The notes below the pieces were generated by a model. It was given only the letters and a program-made list of their open reading frames with translations, was not told the origin of the DNA and searched no databases. Positions 26,096 through 39,566 of a stretch of DNA of 64,000 bases are shown one piece after another (position 1 is the first letter of the stretch; the number at the start of each line of letters is the position of its first letter). Source of the stretch: Octopus sinensis (taxonomy: Eukaryota). Made by a program: the position numbers and the translations under genes. The stretch covers positions 84,444,001 through 84,508,000 of the forward strand of contig NC_043005.1 of NCBI RefSeq assembly GCF_006345805.1, in the 5' to 3' direction.

Positions 26096-28324
26096 TGCAT
26101 CGTCAGTTGCTGGCTTCAGTTACTGAACTGCAACCATTCCCCAGCACTATCTTGATATGTAACACGTGCACACACACACACACACACACACTGTTACTTT
26201 TCTTTTTCAATCTTTATTATTGAATATTTTTCTTTAATTGCCTCAGAATAACAAAGGCCTAGTGGTTAATACCATTGTAATCATGATCACAGGATCATGG
26301 TTTCAATTCTAGGGCTAGTCAGTAAGTAGTGTTTTTGAGCAAACACATACACACACACACACGCGCGCATGTCTGTGTGTTGGTGTGTTCACATCCCCCA
26401 TAACTTAATGGTTCAGCGAAAGGGGCTGGTAGAATAAATATCAGGTTTAACAAAACTGATATTGGGGTTGATTTGTTCAAGTAAAATTCTTCAAGGCAAT
26501 ACCCTAGCATGGCCACAGTCTATTGACTCAAACAAAAATAAAAGAATATATATATATATATAAATATATTGGTAGAATGTGATTACAAAGTATAGACTAT
26601 GCAGGTGTCATACCAGAATTCCTACATACCAAAAAGATAAACAATTCCATTTTTTGAAGTACTCCCAGCCAAATCGCAGTGTAATCAAATAAAAATCTAT
26701 GCTGGAACATTCTAACCAAAGCAAGAATTGTACAACAGAAGAACTGAAAACTTCTGCTGCCAAAGGATAAACTAGTTTGGTCTTTTAGCCAGACAAAGCA
26801 GCTTTATTAAGAAACCTTTGTATTCCATTAATCGCTTCCAATTCTTCATTTCTGTCTGTTTATTCATTGTTATTCTTTAGTTTTGCTTCTTTTTTTCTCT
26901 CAATTCAAAATCGGATCTATGTATGTAAAGCAGTACCGATATTGGTATCTTTCTATAATGGTGTATGTCTACTGAAAATATATTAATAGAGCGTTTGTAG
27001 CCATGTAGTGTTTATTTATACTGTATCGGATAATAATAATAATAATCATAATAATTATTATTATTTGTTTTTGTTCCACCCTATCTCCCTAGTTCTTGTT
27101 TTTATTAATTCTTGTTGTTGTATTTGTTGCTGCCGTTGTTCTTGCAGGCAGATTTTGAAACTGGTTTGATCCAACAATGGCCAAAGCTTATTTGATCATC
27201 ATCATCTTCAGCATCATTACTGTTATCATCATCATCACTATCATCACAATCATCCCCATTGCCATCACGACTCATCACCACCGCCATCACCATCTTCATC
27301 CCCACCGTCATTGCTACCCTTTGTCATCATCGGCATTTCAGATTCCAGTGATGTGATTCTACCATTTTAGAATGGCATCATATGATAAGTATAAAAGACT
27401 AGATTTGGCTAATCTTGACATAAAACAGGTAGAATATTTGGGATGGATTTGGCTGGCTTAAATGCTACTACACCTTTTATACTTCAGAAAAGAAGAAATT
27501 GCAGTTGTGGTGGTCACAAAGAAGAAGGCCTTCATACAGAAGACTGGTGGTGCCAGAAATTGGCGCACTGAATGATCTAGCTATATGAACTGTGAAAATA
27601 ATAAGAATATATTTTATTATTATTATTATTATAAATAATGATAATATAATAATGATGATGATGATTATTATTATTATTTCAGAATTTGGCATAAGCCAGA
27701 ATAATAATAATAATAATAATAAGTATATTCTGAAAAAATATGAAAAATATAAATGGCGATTTTAAATGTAAATTCTCCTCATTGTTCATTAACTTAAAAT
27801 AAAAGAAAGGAAAGGAAAGAGGGCAAGTTTGTAGCATTGAAGAATGAATGGGGATGTTCCTTTCTCAAATATGTCCAAACATAGAATACAGCGCCAAAAA
27901 AACCTCAAGCTCATGTTTCCATATTGATAAACCATGCTTTGTTAGTTGAATAAAGTTACTAGCGCATAATAATTTCTTTTGAGTTTAGACTTATTTACAT
28001 TTATAAGCTAAAGATATAAATACCAATTTTAAATACTTCAGAGTGTTTTTTTTGTCTTTGACTTTATGCCCAGAGGTGTGCCAGAATACTTTTATTTGGT
28101 TTAAAGTGCATTGCAGGGGCAATGAAAGTCTTAGAACTCCCTGCTCCCCACCTCCTGCATTAGACAGATTCTATTTTTAATGAATGGTACTTGGGAGGTC
28201 TTTAAGCCATTATTTATTATTACATGTGGAACTTTGACCCTTTTGTTACTATATTTCTGTTGAAATACTCTGCAGTTCTTTCAGTTTTGTCTGATGAGAT
28301 TAAACTTCTACCTACTTACTGCCC

Positions 28325-28377
<53 letters not shown>

Positions 28378-28429
28378 TAATAATAATTATGATAATAATA
28401 ATAATAATAATAATTATAATAATTGCTTT

Positions 28430-28640
28430 AAGCTGTGACACAAGGCCAGCAATTTTAGGAGGTGGGTCGTTAGTTAATTACATTAACTCCAGGATACAAC
28501 TCATATTTTATTTTATCGATCTTGAAATGATAAAAGGCAAAATTGACTTCGACAAGATTTGAACTCAAAACGGAAAGAACTGGAAGGGAAGCTGTTAAGT
28601 ATTTTGTCTGACATACTAACAATTCAGCCAGTTCACCATT
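28430..28640 (-). mobile_element. SINE-A next to an (AAT)n tract
   Basis: ACAAGGCCAGCAATTTT tail, GAAA..ATAAAAGGCAAA core, GATTTGAACTC. Confidence 0.7.
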
Positions 28641-28654
28641 TCTTAAAAAAATTG

Positions 28655-28940
28655 ATACATTATTTACATTTGACGGATATTTGTCCCCATCTTGTTTGTT
28701 GTTAACACGTTTCAGATGATATACCCTCCAACCTTCATCAGGTGTCTTGGGAGAAATTTTGAACCTGGGTTCTCACTCCTAAGGTATTTTTCAATGTTAT
28801 TATTATCATCATCATTATTATCATTATTATTATTATTATTATTAATATTATTATTATTCAAGTCACTGCCTGGAATCAAATGCGGAATCTTGGGGTTAGT
28901 AGCTACTAACTCCAAGATTCTGTGTTCGATTCCAGGCAGT
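28655..28940 (-). mobile_element. Penelope-type terminal-repeat family containing a hammerhead
   Basis: Homologous to ~33150-33310 (ATTTACATTTGACGGATA...GGTTCTCA.TCCTAAGGTATTTT). Confidence 0.65.
28704..28746 (-). ncRNA. Minimal type-I hammerhead ribozyme motif, family 1 (degenerate)
   Basis: GACAC CTGATGA A GGTTG GAGGGTATAT CATCT GAA ACGTGTT; core intact, stem II weakened, 3-nt deletion at the cleavage site. Confidence 0.6.
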
Positions 28941-28959
28941 GATCTGAATAAATATAATA

Positions 28960-28989
<30 letters not shown>

Positions 28990-28990
<1 letters not shown>

Positions 28991-29180
28991 TGACACAAGG
29001 CCGGCTATTTTGGAAAAAGGGATCTAAGTGTTCAAGTGGTACCTGTTTTATTGGTTTCAAAAGGATGAAAGGCAAAAATTGACCCTGGTGGAATCTGAAC
29101 ATAGAATGTAACAACATCTGATGAAATGCTGCTAAGCATTTTGCCTGGAATGGTAACAATTCTGTCAGCTCACCACTTTA
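28990..29180 (-). mobile_element. SINE-A within (AAT)n
   Basis: ACACAAGGCCGGC tail, AAAAGGATGAAAGGCAAA core. Confidence 0.7.
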
Positions 29181-29609
29181 ATAATAATAATAATAATTTC
29201 TTTACTCCTGCAATTGTTCAGACTAAATCAGAGACTGCTAAAGCCAGGTCAAAGACATAGCCATGACTGACATGTTGCAGGAGAACTATATAACCTTTCA
29301 CCTATATTTCTTTTAGAATTTTACAATTCTTCAAATTCCAGCAGACTTCTTGTCTGCTCAAAAACCTCCATTAAATGTTAAAAACCACTCAATTCTTCAC
29401 CTTTAAGCAATAACATCTGAGAATTCTTTGTTTCACATCTTCAAATTGGTATTAGTACAACTCTTACTTTACAAAATGTTTATCTTATTAACGAGCTTAG
29501 TTATCAAATTAACTAATTAATTCTAATTACTATAAAACAGTTGAGGGGATTCACGGCAGAGACACACTTTCACCATTATAAATACACAATGTTAGTAGTA
29601 GTAGTAGGT

Positions 29610-30630
29610 GCAAGTGTGGCTGTGTGGTTGAGCACTCCTCTTTGCAAGCATGTGATTTAGGGTTCAGTCTCAGCCTATGGTACCTTGGGTAGGTTAATTC
29701 TATTATAGCCCTGTGCTGATCAAAGCCTTGTGATTGTAAAATTAACATGCAAAAGGCTGAATACTCCACAGACGTGCATACCTATTTCTTTACTACCCGC
29801 AAGGGGCTAAACACAGAGAGGACAAACAAGGACAGACAAACGGACTAAGTCGATTACATCGACCCCAGTGTGTAATCGGTACTTATTTAATCGACCCTGA
29901 AAGGATGAAAGGCAAAGTCGACCTTGGCAGAATTTGAACTCAGAACATAGCGGCAGACGAAATACTGCTAAGCATTTCGCACGGTGTGCTAATGTTTCTG
30001 CCAGCTCGCCGCATACCATTAACATAGTTCTCAGGGAGATTCAGCATGACACAGAATGTGACAAGGCTGGGCCCTTTGAAATACAGGAACAACTCGTTGA
30101 GTGGACTGGAGCAATGTGAAATAAAGAGTCTTGCTCACGGAGACAATACACTGCTAAGAATTGAAATCACAACCTTCTGACTGTGAACCAAATACCCTAG
30201 CCATTAGGCCACATACTCTCTTACACATATTACACACAGGGATTCAACACAGTTTCCATATACCAAACTGATTCTCAAGGCATTGGTTGCCCCAGAGCTA
30301 TAGAAGACATTTTCCCAAGATACCATGCAGTGGGATTGAACCTGAAACTATGTGGTTACAAGGTTACAAAGCAAGTATCTTAACCACACAGCCATGTCTG
30401 TACTTACTTGTATAACCTATATCGTGCTGGTTTCACATAAAAAAGCACCTTGTACACTTGGTAAAATGGTTAGCATTAAGGAAGGGTATCCAGCTGCAGA
30501 AACCATGCCAAAACAGACAATTGGAGCCAGGTATGGGTTCCAGTCTTGCCATCTCCTGCCAAACTCTCCAACCCATGTCAGCATGGAAAACAAGAGATGA
30601 TGATGACGATGACGACGATGACAATGATGT
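29610..30630. mobile_element. Retroposon pile-up: SINE-B head (+, ~29610-29730), SINE-A (-, ~29790-30012), SINE-C (-, ~30020-30215), SINE-B head (-, ~30230-30400), GAT-tail (+, ~30425-30628)
   Basis: Each segment matches other copies in the window. Confidence 0.75.
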
Positions 30631-32098
30631 CTTCAGTTAATAAAGAATTTATTCCCACTTGTGTATTACTTTTGGTTGAATCTTTGTACCATTCCAAAGA
30701 CTAATGCAAGCTTTTAGTGGAGTGGTGCCACTCTAGTTTATAAAACAACAAAATATCTGTTCCTAGAATCAGGAAACTACAAGGCAAGTAACAGCTCTTG
30801 AAGAATATTATTATTTTCCAAAATCCATCAATAAAAAGCACTGAAAGTCTTTATCTTCAATCAGTTCAGATCTCCAAGTTTTCACAGTCACAAAGTCAAA
30901 GAGTAAAACAAATTTGATTAGTAATTAAAAAGGTTATAACTTCATTACTAAACAGCAATAAAACCTCACAGTGCTAACCAAATTCTTGTCTATAAGTTCA
31001 GTAGATTTAATGTGTTCAAGAAAACTTAATTCATATCAAGATTGACAAATGAGATTTGATGACAATGACGACAACGCTGATGATGACAATGATGATGATG
31101 ATGATGATGGTGATGATGATACTAAAGATCTGTAGCAATGATGATAGAGAAAATATCAGTAATTGGAGTGTCAATGATGAAGATGATGATGATGATGATG
31201 ATGATTGTGACGTCGGTAGGTAATTTCACTGTTGATGTATGTGATGATGGTGATGATGATGACGACGATGATAAAAGTAGGAATCTGCGGGAAATGCGAT
31301 AAGAATGATGATATTGATTATGATGATTGCAGCAGCGTTTGAAGGAAAGAACCAATGCTGGGACTGGTTTGTAATGGCAGCGATAAAAACGGTTGCTGTG
31401 ATGATTGATGATGATGACAACGATGATGATGATGATGATGATGGTGGTGATTAAATAATCTGATAAAACAACGAGATAGTATTGAGTTTTATGTTTACAT
31501 TTAGACATCTGATAAGATGGTAAAATATGCAAGCATGGTTATACACATGCATGTATACGTGTGCGTGTGTGTGTGTGTGTGTTTATATATATATATGTAT
31601 ATATATGCATATAACCAGTCTTGTATATATACTTATACTGCATATGCATACGTACACAAACACAGACACACACACACACACACACACATGCAAACACATG
31701 TGAGGAGCATGTGAATGCACCACACGTGCAAACCCATGCGGTAAAGATATAAGGTGTGTGTTTATTAATGGAAGTGCATTTATGCATCTATGAGTTTGCA
31801 CACACACACAAACTCTAAGTACATACACACACACATGTTAATGCTAGTATGTCCATATATATATACAGGTGTGTGTGTATAGACACATTTTTACACAATC
31901 ATGTATACATGATTGTGAGTGTGTGTATGTGTGTGAGTATATATTATGTATGTTTATATATTGTGTGTATGTGTATATATATAATGTGTGTGTATATATA
32001 TATATATTATGTGTCTATATACATATATATTTTTTACAGTCAACATTTAAAGAGATACATACACACACCTATCTATCTATCTATCTATCTATCTACCC

Positions 32099-32133
<35 letters not shown>

Positions 32134-32689
32134 CATCCATCCATCAATCCACCTACCCAGCTATCTATCTGTCTTTCTGTCTGTCCATCTCTGCACACAT
32201 ATTCATACATCTCATTATACAAAATGTGTAACTTGGTGAATACTAAATTATCTGCATGTCCTTTGAGTCTTGTTTTTGTTATAAATGTGTGTGTGTGTGT
32301 GTGTGTGTGTAATCATTGTTGTTTCACAGCATCAAAACATTTAGCACCTTTACGAGAGACAGGGTATTTCCTAGAAATAATTTACTAAATCCTACCATTC
32401 TTGCTTTTTTATTCATGAGGTCTTTAACTTCAATAGATTTTAAAAACATATTTTAATGAAATTTTTTCTTTATTTGGGTTTTTTTCCCTCCCATTTAACA
32501 CTTTGTATTGCTTTAACAAAATTGTTTTTTTTTTATGTTTCATGTTAAAAATGAGATTGAGGTTTGATATGTTTACAAAGTTAAGCGTTAGCATGATATA
32601 TTTAAAATGTCCTACATTCTAATGCATTCAGTATTGTTTCCAATTTGGTACGTAAAAACATCTCGTATTTCTATCCATCAATTTCTTTA

Positions 32690-32900
32690 TTTATCACCAT
32701 CATCATCATTGTTTTTAACGTCTATTTTTCCATGCCATCATGGGCCAGACAGAATTTTTTGTCAAAGCAAGATATTCTACAGCTGGATGCTCTTCCTGAC
32801 ACAAACAATCACCTGTTTCTAAGTGACATAATATTTGCCCATGGCTTGACATGTTTTTGTGGAACACTGGAAAGGAATGACACCACTTGCATAACTGTGA
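32690..32900 (-). mobile_element. GAT-tail retroposon
   Basis: CATCATCAT..TTTTAACGTCTATTTTTCCATGC...TACAGCTGGATGCTCTTCC. Confidence 0.7.
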
Positions 32901-33194
32901 TACTCTCTAACACCTATCACATGACATCAGATCAAAGACACACACACACACACACACACACACATGCATACACATATATATGTCGTTGTTTGTTCTTTCT
33001 TGAACCATGCCTGGCTCATAAAGGCCAGTTTCCTGGTTTCATTGGTATATAGGTTCCTCACCTGGACAGGACACCAGTCTGTCACAGGTGAGGTGCTAGA
33101 TGCAGGAGTAAAGAGTGAGAGAAAGTTGTATTGAAAAAGTCAGCAGAACATTATTTACATTTGACGGATACTTGTCCCCATCTTGTTTGTTGTT

Positions 33195-33240
33195 AACACA
33201 ACATTTCAGCTGATATACTCTCCAGCCTTAATCAGGTGTC
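33195..33240 (-). ncRNA. Minimal type-I hammerhead ribozyme motif, family 1 (degenerate)
   Basis: GACAC CTGATTA A GGCTG GAGAGTATAT CAGCT GAA ATGT T GTGTT; stems I and II intact, G8 mutated, CpG decay in stem III. Confidence 0.6.
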
Positions 33241-34109
33241 TTGGGGAAATTTCGAACCTGGGTTCTCATTCCTAAGGTATTTTTCGATGTTGTTATTATT
33301 ATTATTATTATTATTATCATTATATAAAGATATGACAAAACAACAAAAGCTACAGCAATGACAAAAACAAACTCAACAACAAAAATATTAAAAAAAACAA
33401 AAACACACCAAAATATACCCTTTAAAATTGTGGAAATAATCCAATGAAACTAATAAACTTTATTTTCTTACAAACTATTCTTTTTATTTATGTTATTTGT
33501 GAGTTTATTTTTGTTCATTTTATTAAAAAGAGATTTTATGGTTCTTTTCTTTCTTCTTTTCGTTATTTATTCCTTTATTAAGTATTATTATTTTCTTTTT
33601 TACTTATGTTATGAAATCAGGCTTCTGAAATATTACTCTTAATGACAACTAATAATAATAATAATAATAATAAACGTTTTTTTTGTTTTGTTTGTTAAAG
33701 AATTATAACCCCCCTAGGCAAAAAAAAATTGTATCTTGGTCAATTTGTTATTAATAAAGTAGTGAACCTTAAGATTTGAACGGAGAAAAACAGGAAAAAA
33801 ATATAATAATAATAATAATGATAATAATAATAACAGTAACAACAATAATGATGATGATGGTTTCAAATTGAAGGCGATTGCATCAACTTCAATAATTGGT
33901 TTGTACTTCTTTTTCTTTTTTTTTTATTAACCCTGAAAGAATGTAAGGCAAATTTGACCTCAGGGAAATTTGAACCGAGAACATAAAAAGATTGAAGCAA
34001 CACTGCCAAGCATGGCATCGGCAATTATTCTGGCATGGGCAATGATTCTACCAGCTCGACACAATAATAATAATAATAATGATAATAATAATGATAATAA
34101 CAATAATAA

Positions 34110-34474
34110 AACAAACTATGCTGGATCATAGATATAGCATGCCCAGCAGACAACAAAGTATGTGATAAGGAAGAAAGAAAAGTCGAAAGATATGACAGGT
34201 TAGCTTGGAAAGTTAAACAGTTGTGGTCGATGAAAAATGTGGTAGTAGTACCAATAATTGTTGGAGCCCTGGGAACAGTGAGCAAAAATCTCGGGAAGTA
34301 CGTGGAACAAATAGGGGCTGCAATAAGGGTGGAACACTTGCAGAAAACAGCACTGCTTGGAACCACTCGAATACTCTAGAAGGTGCTCAGAAAATAAGAG
34401 GTGTTACCTTAGTTCACTGGTAGTGAACAGCTAACACTGTAGTACATCTCCATTGTTAGAAGCTGTGCAAAGAC
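34110..34474 (+). mobile_element. 5'-truncated R4/Dong-type LINE (restriction-like endonuclease C-terminus plus 3' UTR) in (TAA)n
   Basis: 34110-34396 translates NKLCWIIDIACPADNKVCDKEERKVERYDRLAWKVKQLWSMKNVVVVPIIVGALGTVSKNLGKYVEQIGAAIRVEHLQKTALLGTTRIL*KVLRK*; flanked on both sides by (AAT)n. Confidence 0.85.
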
Positions 34475-34512
<38 letters not shown>

Positions 34513-34515
<3 letters not shown>

Positions 34516-35089
34516 TAATAATAATAATAATAAATGCCCTGATGCAGTACCAGGTTTGGCTTTCATGTCTTCTGATCTTAACTGATTGGAAGTGTTATCA
34601 CGTACATTGTTTTGTCTTGGTATAAAAGATGGGCCACAGCAAACATTCTGCTCACTACCACAGATTTGCTTGTCAGTTGTTTGACCTTAACCAGTTGAGT
34701 GCGTCTCTTAGTAGCTGACGATATGTGCATCTCTGATCACAAGCAGAAGTAGTGGGGGAGCGTCAGAGCCATGTGTTGAGAGGGATTCTTTGGGGTTTGG
34801 ATAATTCACCTTTGGAAACATAGGTGTTTTGTTCAACATCCTTAAACAATCTTTATTCAAGGACCTTTTGAGTGGGATGGGCTACTCGACCTGACGAAAA
34901 TTTTAACTGGTTTCCACCTACAAGGTCATGCACTGTTTATCTTGATATGAGATCACCATGTCTTGGACATATGGTTGTGATGCATGTGCCTGGTGTACCC
35001 TTATCAGACAAGTAGTCATTATGGGTATACTGGGCTTCATGTATTTGTACCCCAGTATCACTTTGATGGCATGCACTGCTCTCTCACTC

Positions 35090-35090
<1 letters not shown>
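34513..35090 (+). mobile_element. ~580-bp non-coding element embedded in (AAT)n
   Basis: Unique-looking block bounded by (AAT)n on both sides; resembles an octopus interspersed repeat from recall only. Confidence 0.5.
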
Positions 35091-35166
<76 letters not shown>

Positions 35167-35204
35167 TAATAATAATAATAATATCGTTAATAATAATAAT
35201 AATA

Positions 35205-35425
35205 TTAATATTGTTTCAAATTTTGTACAAAGCCAGCAATTTTGGTGGAAGAGTATGTCGATTACATCATCCTCAGTGCTTAACTGGTACTTATTTTCTC
35301 AACCCCTAAAGGATGAAAGAGAAAGTCGATCCCAGTAGAATTTGAATTCAGAATGTTAAAGATGGATGAAATACCACTAAGCATTTTGCCTGGCATGCTA
35401 ACGATTCTGCCAGCTCGCTGCTTTA
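35205..35425 (-). mobile_element. SINE-A
   Basis: TTTCAAATTTTGTACAAAGCCAGC tail; GAATTTGAATTCAG; GCCAGCTCGC head. Confidence 0.8.
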
Positions 35426-35479
35426 ATAATAGAATTTAAAAAAATAATAATGATTTTATTTATTTGCCATTAGGGTGAC

Positions 35480-35715
35480 GAACAAGACACTAAAAGATGA
35501 GATTGAATGAATGTGGGCAATGAAGAAAATAACTGCCGTCCTTGTGGTTTTGTAGGGGAATTGGGAACATAAACAACCAGGTTTGAGAAATTGGGATTGA
35601 CAGTCTCAGAAAAACTGCTCCCTTAGGGACAGCATGGATTTTGAGATTGGTACTTGGATGTTGAGTATTGTGGAAAGGATCATCATGAGACCCAAGTCAA
35701 CAGGCTGTTGTCCAC
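35480..35715 (+). pseudogene. Older, decayed R4/Dong-type RLE C-terminus
   Basis: LKDEIE*MWAMKKITAVLVV then, after frameshifts, a QK/TAPLGTAWILRLVL-like segment matching the 34110 motif. Confidence 0.55.
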
Positions 35716-35814
35716 TCTTACAGAATTAGCTGGAACAAGTGAAATTGAGGACCCTGAGGAGTGAAATGACAATAATAATGGTATAATAATATTAATAATA
35801 AAAATAATATAATC

Positions 35815-35846
<32 letters not shown>

Positions 35847-35869
35847 TAATAATAATAATAATCATCCAT

Positions 35870-36065
35870 CATTTTGAATCTGGATTTTGTCCCCGTTAAC
35901 GGGGGTGGCCGGATCTACCTCAATGCCATAGCAACTACCCTCACACTATGTCACCATCTTATCCGGTTTTAGGTGTCCCCTCTTCTCAAGCCAACTCTCC
36001 CAATCTCCTCCTCCACCCGTCCCCTCTACACTTTCCTTGGTCTACCTCACTTTCACTTTCCGTTT
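35870..36065 (-). mobile_element. RTE-type LINE 3' end
   Basis: Minus strand translates GK*K*GRPRKV*RGRVEEEIGRVGLRRGDT*NRIRW*, the RTE C-terminal GRP..W...R..W pattern with CGA/TGG decayed to stops. Confidence 0.7.
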
Positions 36066-37419
36066 TCCTCAAAAATCCGTAGAAAATCTAGCTATGAAAA
36101 AACCTCATGATAATAATAATAGTAATAATAATAATAATAATATGATAATAAAGTCACACATAAATACAAAAAGGAGAGAGACGGAGAGAGAAAAAAACAG
36201 AGTGACAAACAAAGAAATACAAAGTAAGTCTGAGAGAAAAAATATATAAATGTGCTTTGATGTTGGAATGGTGAATGAATGTCAAATAGATCTTGTCGAC
36301 AAGAGGGAACACACACCCACACACATACACATACACATGAACACACACACACAATCCCTCCGTCTTTGTACAAGTCAGTAAATTCTTGGTTGGTTTGGTA
36401 ATAATATTATTATTGAATGGTCAAATGAGAGAAAGAGAGAGAGAGAGACAGTGAGGAAGAGGAGTGAAATTGAGAGAGAGAGAAGAAGAGAGAGAGTGAG
36501 TATGAGAGGGAAAGGTCAGATTAGGAAATGATTGTTTGAGCAAAATCATCTTGCTTCTTAATTTAATGTTTGTGTGGTGGTTGTGGTGTGGTGGTTGTGG
36601 TGTGGTGGTTGTGGTGTAGTGTTGTGGTGCGTTATAGGTATGTTGTGATGTACCTATATTGTCTGTAGCGTAGTTGTTGTTTAGCCCAAGGCTGACTGAT
36701 CCAGTAGACTGCTCTCTGATCAAAGACATTCCAGCTATTCTTCACCTCACCCCCGTGTTTTTATGGGATATTTTGTAGAAAAGCATACATTTCACATATA
36801 GTTCATACTTTGTGCTCAACAGCTGTTTCATTAAGACAAACATCATTAAGTGAATAATTACATAATTATTTAGATTATTTTTTAAGGATGTGTGGAACTT
36901 CATTATCCATTGTGCTTTATCCTTGTTTAAAACAGTAGGTGTGTATGTGTGTGTGGGGGGTACTTTGAGGAAGATTTGACTGCTATATCTAACAGATCAA
37001 ACAACCACACAGAGGCTTTAATTTATGTATTAGGACAAGAAGGTTCGTAGCGCAGTGGTTCGAGTGTTTCATTCACAATCGCAAATCTGTGCAATTCCTT
37101 AACTGAGTGGTTCATTGTGTTCTCAAGCAAAACACATCATTTCACATCGCCTCAGTCCACTCAGCTGTAAATGAAATTAACTCTCAATGTTCATGTGAAC
37201 CACGAAGCTGCTGGATATTCTCTCTTCATGAAGAAATAGAGATTTTTACTGTTGGATGATTTTTGCTTCTTACTAATATATTTCGGGGATTTTTTTACAT
37301 TATACACCTATAAGAGATGCTTTCTTCACATGAATACTGCCATTGTCAAGCTTTCATCAGTAATTCTACATTGAGTATTATACACCAATTGATATTTTAA
37401 ACTAATGCTGCTTTTGTTG

Positions 37420-37700
37420 CAGGGATTAGTGGCTAGGATATTCAGCTCACAATCATTGCAAGGTCATGAGTTCAATTCCCAGCAGCGTGTTATGTCCTTG
37501 AGCAATGTACTTTATTTCATCCTGCTCCAGTCTACTCAGCCACCAAAAGTATATCACAGTGAATCTCCCACAGAATTACATTAAGGGTACAAATATCTGT
37601 GGAGTACTCAGCGGCTTGCATGTTAATTTCATGAGCAGACTCTTCGGTTGATCGGATTAGCTGGAACACTCATTGTCATAACTGACAGAGTGCCAGCCAT
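37420..37700 (+). mobile_element. tRNA-derived SINE, SINE-C-related head
   Basis: TAGTGGCTAGG...GAGTTCAATTCCC boxes; 3' part CTGTGGAGTACTCAGC also present reversed at ~372-500. Confidence 0.7.
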
Positions 37701-38229
37701 CTGTCACTAATAATGAATATACACACATATATATATATATATATTGATAGAAAGGGTAAGACAACAAAAGAATGAAAGAGACCTCGATATTATGTAAATA
37801 GAAGAATTTATCTGTAAATATAATATGTGACAATTTCCCTGACATCCGAAACTCAGAGTTTTATCATGGCTACCGAATAATTGTCACATATTTACAGATA
37901 CATACATACATACATATATATATATATATACATATGCAGGATATTCTCAAGCTCTACAGATCTTCCAGGACAAGGCTCATCTTACAGGCTGTAGTTTCCG
38001 CTCAGAATTTCTGGCATCACCAATGACACTGGCTTACGCTTATTGTCTGATCCCCATGTACTGTACTAATATTCCTCGCACTTTCCGTTGCATTGTTGCC
38101 TTTATTGAACTCATAAAGTAAATATGTCGAATATGCTCTATTGTCACTTTCATAATAGCTTTGAAAAAATAACTTTTAAATCGAGCAGCACTCTTCAAAA
38201 CTTCCACTAAGAATAAGCACAAGGTAGAA

Positions 38230-38560
38230 TTGAGACCCCCTTTGGTCATGTCTGACCATGGGATTGCACCTAGAAAGTTACCCTCCCAGGCACAAGTCCA
38301 GGCAAGGTTGTTTGTGGAAGACCAGCAGTCGCCCATGCATACCGGCCTCCCCTCTCCATGTCACCAGTGTTATCCAAGGGAGAGGCAAGGGCTGATACAG
38401 CTTGGCACCTGTGATGTTGCAACTCATTTCTACAGCTGAGTGAACAGGAGCAATGTGAAATATGCTCAAGAACATAACACACATCCTTGTAGGATTTGAA
38501 CTCACAACCTCATGATCGTAAGCTCAACACGCTAACCACTGAGCCATGCGCCTTCACTAA
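38230..38560 (-). mobile_element. SINE-C, full length
   Basis: Homologous to 16263-16602; head GTGAAGGCGCATGGCTCAGTGGTTAG on the minus strand. Confidence 0.88.
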
Positions 38561-38691
38561 GGTAGAATTACTACCTGTTTTTATAGCAAGTTGATGCAGG
38601 TAATTTATCCTGTTCCCCTCTGACTTTTAGCTCATACAATTGAAAAAAACGTATTATTTATGGGATAACACAATGTATATGTGTGTATGTG

Positions 38692-38722
<31 letters not shown>

Positions 38723-39522
38723 CTAATATAGGATAAAATTTTTCAAAAAAATTCTATCAGTGGCTAGCATATTAAAAAATACCTTTAAAGGTTAAATTTA
38801 TAAACAACTTATAAACAAGTGCAAAAAACAAATTTCTGTTTTCGGCATATTTGGCATTAGAAACTTTTTTCTTTTGCCCTTGTTTGTAAGTTGTATATAT
38901 ATATATATATATATATATGCAGAGAGAGAGAGAGAGAGAGAGAGATCCATATTGTGCCTGTCAATGGATTTCTGCACAGCTGCACAGTTCCCATCTGTTG
39001 AAATTTAATTCCGAAGACTTTGGTCTACTCAAGACTCTTGTAGTAGAGGATTGTTGCTCAAAGAACTGCACTGTAAAACAGCAACTGGATGCCCAGAATC
39101 ACATGAATCCAATGTGAACTTCTTCACCTTCCTGCTGCGTCTGCACACATATTGTTCCCTAGCACTCTCTCTCTCTCTCTCTCACTTGTTGTGTGTGGAG
39201 GGGCACATGTTTGGTGCAGCAATGCAGTGCTGGGTGTTGTATCTATCTATGTGTGTGTGTGGTGGGGGGACAGCACAGTAGAGTTTAGTGCAATGCAGCG
39301 TGTGTCAGAGGAAATTATGCTATCTAACTAAGCGTTATTCACAAGGTTTCTGAATTAGGAAAATATAACTAAATATTTGAACTGGAAATCTCATTGAAGA
39401 GTCAATAAAATTGAATTTTTGTATAAAGAGATAATTCATTTTGTTGTTTTTATTATATTTTATCATTTTATTATTTAAAGGAATTTCTTTCATAAATATC
39501 ACAAAGTACACACACACACGCA

Positions 39523-39566
<44 letters not shown>

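Noticed and set aside
27488-27590. Possible exon after acceptor CTTTTATACTTCAG
   Set aside because: All three frames stop within ~35 codons, there is no donor, and no recognisable motif
28291-28310. CTGATGA as a hammerhead core (also at ~24002, ~24129, ~48983, ~54925)
   Set aside because: No stem II/GAAAC/stem I partner in the right arrangement; chance heptamers
37935-38225. Unique-looking block before the SINE-C at 38230
   Set aside because: No motif, repeat structure or splice pair that I could support
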